A DNA stretch of 64,000 bases from Vicugna vicugna. Its lineage: Eukaryota. Shown one piece after another: positions 56,427-64,000 of this stretch. Where the stretch lies: assembly GCA_013265495.1 (NCBI GenBank), contig MU058791.1, positions 436,001 to 500,000 of the forward strand. The letters are read 5' to 3'. The notes below the pieces were generated by a model that made no database searches, was not told where the DNA came from, and was given only the letters and a program-made list of their open reading frames with translations. Every line of letters begins with the position of its first letter. Position 1 is the first letter of the stretch. Made by a program: the position numbers and the translations under genes.

Positions 56427-57379
56427 AGTGGTCCCTGCAGGAGAGCTGCCCCTCTGGCCTCCCCACTGCCCTTCAGCGAGGGTTCCCTGTATTAGTTTTC
56501 ACAGTGAGCACCCACCATGCAAGGCCTTCCAGCTGAGGGGACCTGTCGCGGGGGCTGATTTCCAGTCCACGCACCCTCCACGCACCCTGGCACCGTTATA
56601 CGTCCAGTTTAACAGAGGTGCCACACAGGAGGCCTGCTGGCTTGTGTGTGCCCAGCAGACCTGGGAGTACGAGACTGTGTGCTGTGGGACAAGGAGAACT
56701 TTTACCAGGTTTCAAGGCCGGGGACAGCTGGGACTGAAATCCCGGGCTCCAGGGGGAGTTCACGTGGCCTCTTTTGTTGAGGGATGTGACGCGAGGAGAG
56801 AAGCATCGCCCTCAGGAGGCTGTCACTAAGGGCTGGGACAGTTAAAAGCACTTTACAGACTTGCTGTGGCATCACAGCTGTGGAAAAACATTGGCCACAC
56901 TTGTCCTGCACAAGAAACCCAGGGAGAGTTTGCCTCCCCTTCAGGGCCAGCAGCAGCCGTGAAGTTAGGCCTCAGGGCCCACAGACCCACAAACCCGCCG
57001 TCCTCTGTTCCCCTGCCGGTTCCCTCCAGTGCCCTGGCCATAAGGTTTCTTCCATCCATCCATCCATTTATTCATTCAGCCTCTTTGAGCACCTAGTATA
57101 GTCAAGCGTTGTCATTCTGACTGAGAAAACCAAGGTACAGCCGATGCGGACGCTACCCTCAAAGGCTGCATGAGGAAGGCTGTGGAGCTGGGAGGAGGGG
57201 TAGCGTTTGGACAGGAAGAAATCAGTAGAACAGTGTGAGCAAGAGCATGGTGGCTGGAGACACAGCGTGCGGATGGACTAGTACCTATTTCCTTGGGCTC
57301 GAAGATGGGGTGTGGGCAAAGCGTAGGGAGAGAGGGAGATGGGCTGGAGGCTCCTTGTCACTATGATCATCAACAGTAA

Positions 57380-57580
57380 TTGCTCCTGGTAACAATGTCG
57401 TGTACTGACCATTTGCTGTGCTCTAGGCACTGCGCTAAGTGCGTTCCATTCAACATCTCCTTTAACCGTCAGCTTCACAAGGAAGGTGCCCTCATTGCCC
57501 AGGTGGGTTCGGAAAGGCTCGGTGATTTACCCCAAGTCGGCAGAGTTCCAAACTCAGCTGGCACTGACACCAAGCGCCAT
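57380..57580 (-). mobile_element. MIR SINE (preceded by an L2 fragment at ~57050-57280)
   Basis: tactgaccatttgctgtgctctaggcactgcgctaagtgc..tttacccca. Confidence 0.6.
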
Positions 57581-58699
57581 TCCACTGCATTGCCTCTCGC
57601 GGTTCTGTGCAGGTCACAGATTTACAAACTATGCAATCTGGACTCCATGTATTTCACAGGTAACTGGGGTTGGGGGAGCTGATAGTTACTGAGTTGAGCA
57701 GTGGCATGATCCAATTGGTTAATGTTCCTAAGGTCCATTCTCCATCTCTGACAGAAATTTCTCCTAATAGCTGAGCCCAGCCTGACACACAGTTCTGTGG
57801 CAGAGAGGACACAGGCGTGACAGTGTAACACACCGAGCCCGTGTCTTCCTGCTGTCCAGCTGCTCCATGTCTCATGAGGAACGTCCCAGAAGCTGGATTT
57901 GATCTACAATCAGAGATGCAGGAATAATCACAACAGTGCTAGGTTTTTGTTTTGTGAGGTTTTTTTTGTTTTTCCTTAAGTTAGTCTATTCTCCTGCTCT
58001 GATTAACGTCTCGGGGAAGTTCTGTTCATGCACACTGAGTTCATCCCTGACATGCAGACTTCCCTGTCGACTGCTATTCTCCTCCAGAGCACCTTCAAAG
58101 CTGCTGATTTATTTTCAAGAAAGTGCCTCAGATCTCTGGTTCTCTGCCAGCCTCCCCTGGGAGGAACCGTGTTATACATGAGCTCATCTTCCTAATATGT
58201 TTCCACCAGCGAGCACGGCCTCTGTCCAGGAAGACTTAGTGGGCCAGGAAAACGCAATTCTTGGTCAATGTACGAACCCTTTTCCTCCTGCCCACCTCTC
58301 TGCCCACCTCTTCCCCTCCCTATAACATTTCTGTAGCTTCAATGTTGTATTTGTCTTGAGGGCACCAGGATCTATTTTGTGGGTCTTGCTAGGTCAGGCT
58401 GTGTATATCAGCTCATGGAGAAAAACTCACACGGGAGGCTGAGCCGCCAGCCCACCTGCCTGTCATCATGCAGATGAGCACCCGAGCAAGCCCTCTAATG
58501 GGGACCAGCTGCTCCCCAGCATGGACACGGCAAACAGCCGACTTCTGGACTCTGCCAGCCCAAGGTGCTTGTCACAAGGCACCCCCAGGGGAGGAGAGAA
58601 AGCTTACTCAGAGGTAAGGCTTTCAAACTGTCTTGTGTCTGGGCTGTAATCCCTACAGTGAAGGAACGTCTCAAGGGCACCAGGAGTGGGGAGGACCTT

Positions 58700-59175
58700 G
58701 CAACAAACATTGACCATCTTGCACTTTCTGTGGGTCAGAACTTGGCCTCTGGGTGCCTCTGGCCCCAGCTGCCCGTGAGGTTGCAGCCCAGCTGCTGTTG
58801 GCTGGAGCTAGGACATCCCAGGACATGGCTGGGACTGAAGGATGTGCTTCCAAGTTCATTGATGGGGTCATTGGCAGGTTCGTTCCTCATGGATTGAGGG
58901 CTTCATTCCTGGTCATACCATGTGGGCCTCCTCTAGGGCTGCTGATGACATGGGTAATGCTAGAGGGAGAGAGACAGACAGACAGATAGACAGGCAGTGA
59001 TAGAACATGAAAGTCCCCAGAGTGGATACTGGTTTTTATAACCTAATCTTGGAAATGGTACCCCACTGCCTCTGCCATATTCTATTAATTGGAAGTGAGG
59101 ATTACCCAAGGATTTGATTACCAAGATTTGGGGGCCGTAGGGGGAGCGCTCTAGAAGGCTGCCTCCCCCAGCATT
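58700..59175. mobile_element. MaLR MLT1-type LTR
   Basis: ttctgtgggtcagaa..gcttccaag..catgtgggcctcctctagggctgc..ttttataacctaatcttggaa..ctgccatattctatt. Confidence 0.75.
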
Positions 59176-61729
59176 GCCCCTCTGTCGGCACACTCAAGAC
59201 AGCTCAGTCACCCTTGCTGACCGGAGAGAGAGCATGAGGCTGGACTGGCAGTTGTGGTCCATGTGGTGAGGGAGAGGCAGCTTGAGAACAGACACTGGAT
59301 GCTGACAAGTGCATCTCAAATCAACATGAACTCAATTACCGTCTTCAAAATCTTTAATTTGCTGTAAGAATATAGCACAGACACCAATGCATTAGCAAAC
59401 TGCCCTGGGGAGGCCTCAAGCTTCTAGACAAAGCATACCCTGAGTCCTGACAGGAAGCTTTTATATCTTTAGAGGAAAAAAAAAAGTGGCCAAACGCTTC
59501 ACATCCATAGGCATGCCCCATCTACCAGTGTCAGCGGGGTCCTTCTTAAAGACCTCACGGGTTCCCGTGCTCCATGTGGAGATGGAAAATGAAGTCGCGC
59601 CCCACAGCAGCTGGTTCTCACAACTGCGGTCACACCCAGACACGGAGACGGGCTGGAAAGGGCTTTTCCTCTGGACCAGTTAAAGTGGCTCCCTTCCACC
59701 TGAAGATGAACAGGAGGGGCACAATTCACCGGTGGACCCAGTAGACGTGGCCCCTTCTCGCCAACGCCGACACACACGTGCAGAGGGGTTTACAGTGACT
59801 GAGGCACGTTGCGGTGAGTTCCCATCCAGTTGTCACCATGGCCACGAGGTGAGTGGGAATGGTCCTGATTTTTGCCTTGTACACGAGGGAACTGGGACTC
59901 AGAGGGTGGCAGTGATCAGTGTTAAGGGCTCGAGTTGGGCCTCCGTAAAGCCCAGGGCAGTCACCCCCGTAGCAGCGTGGATGAAGACGTGTCAGTGGAA
60001 ACCTGGCCACGTGCAGGGTCATGAGTGGGCTTATTTCATAGCTTTGGAAGGAAAATTTGAGTTTTCATGGAGGCCTCCTGGGCAAGCAGGAAATATAACA
60101 CATCCCGGCTGGGATGTTTCCTGGGTCCCTCCTGACCTGCTCTCCTGGTTGGACGCCCAGCTCTCCACCTGTGGCCACCCACGAGCCCAACAAGATCAGG
60201 GCTGGAAACTCAGCCCTCTCACTTGCCCCTGTTCCATCCTCGCCAGTGAGGACTTTTTCACAAACGAAAATTTCCTGAGCGCCTCCTCTGTGCTAGACAC
60301 CATTCTAGGCACTGAGGATACAGCAGTGAGGACGCGTCCGCTCCCCCTCCCCCTTTCATTCCTCCGCAGCCCCTCAGTGTGTGTGCAGGAGCTGCAGGCA
60401 TGATCAGAAGAGCTGCAGCTGTGTGTCCGTCACCCACTGTTGAAGAAGCAGGAGGTTCGCTTTCTCCTCTCCAGAGGCGGGGCTGTGCAGAGCAATTTCC
60501 CAGGCTGGAGGACGCCACAGTCCACTCAGAGGATCCCACACAGGCGTGCCGAGCCAGCATGCCCAGGCGATTGCTGCTGCAACACTGACTGCGATCACTG
60601 AGCTCCAGACATTATCTGGCCGTGTCTCATCCGAGGCCAACGACTCTCCATGTTTCTCGTGGCTTCCCACCCATTTCTGCAACCCTGCATCGGCCCTGAG
60701 GGACTATTAGCAAGTCCCAGAGACCAAGTGGAATCCAAAGACTTGGTTGTGGTCCCAGATGTGCCACTAACGAGCTGTGTAATCTTGGGTGACTCATTCT
60801 GTGCTTTGCCTTCTGTGTTCATTTATACCACGATGGACCCCCAAGCTCCCAGCTCTCGAGCCTCTGACACTCAGACCTCCCCGGGTTCCCATGTTACAAG
60901 CACGCTGGGTGCCAGTGCCCCTGTTTGGGTTTTGCTCTTTGTTTGGAAAAGATTGCCACTGTCCAGTGTACCCCTTTTGCTCCCCGAGAAACATGGAAAA
61001 GAGTCTCAGCTGAACCTGTGAATTTTGGGCTTTTCTAGATTTGGATCCCAGCCCAGAGGCAAGGAAGAACACAAGTTAGAATTGTTAGAGTCATTATGAA
61101 ACCTGCATTTCCTATCAGTTCTTTCCAAGTCTGGTGTTAAATTAACAAACTCAAATACGAGGGTTAACAAGGATGATTCAAGCCTAGAGAATGTGGTGGC
61201 ATGACGTTGGCCTTAAATAATGGCAAGAAAAGGGCTTTTCTGATCCATTTGTTGACAAAAGACAGCAAGAGATCGTTAATCTAGTTCAGGGGTCTGCAAA
61301 AATTTTGATTGTGCACCCTTTGATAAAATGTTTTTGAGCACACAAACATCTCTAATAATGTGAATAGTTGGAAACTGCAGGTGTGTAGTATTATACCTAC
61401 TGATGAACATATAAAACATACACAAAAGGAAGAAAATTAAAGGACAAGATCAAAACAAACTCTTGTCAGCAGAACAAAGTGTTTATCTTTGTTACATTAA
61501 TGTGATTCAGTAGGTAGTTTATTTTTGTAACACGGCAACTTGAAAGTCTGATTCTAGGGCTAATTTGTCCAAATTCTTGGTTTCTGGGCACTATTTGTAA
61601 CTGAAAAAGTTGCAGTGCAGAAATATATCTATATATCTACATTGAAGAAATCCATCATTGGAGAGCTTGTAACTGGGGGCATGACCGAATCCAAACTGGA
61701 AACTTACAGGACTGAAGGTAGTGTCATTA

Positions 61730-62233
61730 TGTCACCAAGTCCAAGCTTATACTGTTCCCCTCATGGCAGGCCAATAAATCGAGAGACGAGTTTTCGGGGT
61801 AAGGGATCACAACTTTATTCTGAAAACCAGCAGACTGAGAAGATGGTGAACTAGTGTCCTGAAGAACCATGCTGCCTGGGTTTGGATGTTCGTTTTTTTA
61901 TAGAGCAGAGAGGTAAAGTGGAAAAGGCATTAAGTTGTTGCAAGTATTTCCTGGTTCCAGTCAGACTCTGTAGGGGATGTGTTAGTTTCTGCTTTCCTGC
62001 AGCCATTCACAGGTCGGCCTGGTCAGGATGTTTCCAGTGAGTTAAAAAAAAAAAAGGCATTTTAAGCTTAAGCTCAGGCACAGGAGACAGGGTTCCTGGA
62101 GATGGGCCATTATGTATACTTTAAGCTCTAGGCAACATTGCTTTAGCGACTACCTTGTAGCAAAAGCAATAGAATACAAAGGTTGAAGTAAAAGAAACAT
62201 CCAGTATGGAGTCAGGTTTGTTTCGCTGTTACA
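61730..62233 (-). mobile_element. ERV1-class solo LTR (~504 bp)
   Basis: tgtcacc...tgttaca ends; flanks atta/ttta; minus-strand AATAAA (tttatt ~61814) and TATA-like ttttata. Confidence 0.75.
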
Positions 62234-62639
62234 TTTACAGAATGTTCCTTCTTTCCAAGCTTCTCCTCATACTCTTCCTGTCAAAGACCCTGTACCCCAC
62301 TAAATCATGTAACACAAATACATAACTATAATCCAGGTACAAACAGTTCCTCAAAGACTATTTTTCTGTAAAACACTAATGTGGATGGCTAGAAAATGCT
62401 ACTGGTCAATGTTTATATTTAACTCTTAATGAACAAATTTTTTGAAAACCCACAGTTGAATGGAAATATGTACTAATGTCTTTCTCTCAATTAAGACACT
62501 TCAGGGAGCTTGGCGCTTCAGACCACCACAGCAGTGGTCCCCAAACTTTTAAAGAATGTGGCCCCTTTTCATGGAGCTCAGCATCCTAGCAAGTAGAATT
62601 GACTAAGAAAAGACACAGTGCAAATAGCTTTTCAAAATG

Positions 62640-63220
62640 AATTTGTAAAGAAAATGTGGTATTTACAGGTAATGGAATATTATTCAGCCCTAAAAAGGAG
62701 GACATCCTGACATTAGTGACAACATATGTGAACCAGCAGGACATTATGCTAAGTGAAATAAGCGAGTCACAGAACAAATGCTGTATGCTTCGACTTCTAT
62801 AAGGTATCTGAAACAGTCCAGCTCACAGAAGCAGAGAGCTCAGTGGTGGTTGCCAGGGGCTTGGAAGGCAGGAAAATGGAGAGTTGTTATTCAGTGGGTA
62901 AAAAGTTTCAGTTACGCTGAATGAATATATTCTAGAGATCAGCTGTACAACATCCTGTCTGGAGTAAGCAATATCATCTTGTGCATTTCACACTTTAACA
63001 AAAGTAGATCTCATATTAAGTGTTCTTTCCAAAACAAAAGCCAAATCGAAACAAATCCAGAAGGACACAAGGAAATTCTGGGTCATATTGGGTATCTCTG
63101 TCACCTTGATTGTGGTCACAGTATGATGGATGTTTGCATATGTCCAAACTCATCAAATTGTACACATTAAATATGGGCAGTTCTTCATAAACCAATTATA
63201 CCTCAATAAAGGTGTAAAAA
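62640..63220 (+). mobile_element. Old L1M 3' fragments (probably two pieces)
   Basis: aaaatgtggtat..aatggaatattattcagcc..gacattatgctaagtgaaataagc; tcaaattgtacacattaaatatg..tacctcaataaa. Confidence 0.8.
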
Positions 63221-63676
63221 CTGGGTTTGTATATTATTACTCAAAGTGGTTTTTATGTCTATTAAGCAATAGTAAGGACACGTAGGAGACATATTTCATC
63301 AGTCTACAGACAAGGAATTAGGCAAACTTGCAACCACTCTGCAGTCCTTGACCGCAGCCATGACCAAGCCCCCATGAAAACATTCCCCCTAGTGGCTGGG
63401 GAAAGTATTTGGGAATAAATATGCAGACCTCTTAGTGATTGCCTTGAAGACCTAAGTCTATTACATTGTGACAAACCTTATACTAACCAAAGGGCCTTAT
63501 GGTAAAGGGGGCATTGTGAAATTATAAGTCCTTCTCTGGCTCCAGTCAGTGACCCTTGTGACCTCATGAAGCAAAAAAGCACAATGAGGAGAGGTTGTAA
63601 AGGAGGAGGAGGTAAAAAGCTTGCACAGAAAGAGAACCACCTGCATGTAATTGAGATACTGGGCCTTCCCCTCGTG

Positions 63677-63820
63677 CAGTGGTTCTCTTAAATGGTCACA
63701 TGAAACACCTGGGCATCTCATTAAACTGCAGGTTACGATTCAGCAGGCTTGGGGTGGGGGTCTGAGATTTTGCATTTCTAACAAGTTCCCAAGAGATGCA
63801 GGTGCTACTGGTCCAAGATC
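63677..63820. mobile_element. MER5A-like hAT element
   Basis: cagtggttctc..ggggtggggtctgagattttgcatttctaacaagttccca. Confidence 0.8.
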
Positions 63821-64000
63821 ATACAATGAGAAAGGAGACCGTAGCATCAGTGTGTCTTCAGCAGGGGAGTCCAGTCTTTCCTGAGCCTGTCTCCATTTGC
63901 TGGCAGCAGCCAACACGTGTGGACTCCAACTGAGGCCGGCACTGGTGAGCTATACAGTGAACACAGAAGCTAGAGGTAGTAACCTACAGGGGTAGTAACT

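Noticed and set aside
59732..60403. Longest ORF in the track (223 aa)
   Set aside because: No recognisable domain, non-ATG start, and it overlaps L2-like sequence; consistent with a chance ORF in GC-rich DNA.
54400..64000. Possible exons of a neighbouring gene (CCDC3 lies downstream in human, as recalled)
   Set aside because: No coding match recognised; the region is mostly LTR, L1, L2, MIR and MER relics.

Overview
Mammalian genomic DNA, most likely camelid (inferred from a Vic-1-type tRNA-derived SINE and no recognisable Alu, BovB/Bov-A or PRE1 elements). It contains the 3' half of the CAMK1D (CaM kinase I delta) gene on the + strand. Seven coding exons (orthologous to human exons 5-11; 127, 76, 113, 79, 88, 118 and 119 nt, all with AG/GT boundaries) splice into one open frame from the catalytic-loop end (PENLL..DFG..T180..APE) through the autoinhibitory/CaM-binding region to the stop at 48402-48404. 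A ~6 kb 3'UTR follows, with two AATAAA signals (54200, 54357), then ~10 kb of intergenic DNA. The rest is intron or intergenic sequence with ordinary eutherian repeats (L1, L2, MIR, MER20, MER82, MER2B, MER5, MaLR and ERV1 solo LTRs). Nearly all ORF-track entries are chance ORFs. I see no evidence of a wholly new biological system, CRISPR array or foreign insert. The best second-look signals are: (1) a young L1 carrying a ~380-bp 3' transduction bounded by a 16-bp TSD; (2) a three-way C-terminal switch at the exon 10 donor, with a lengthened read-through isoform; (3) one MER31-like LTR nested in inverted orientation inside another; (4) a candidate UG-repeat-flanked cryptic poison exon. Repeat family names and human comparisons come from memory of consensus/reference sequences, not from a search.
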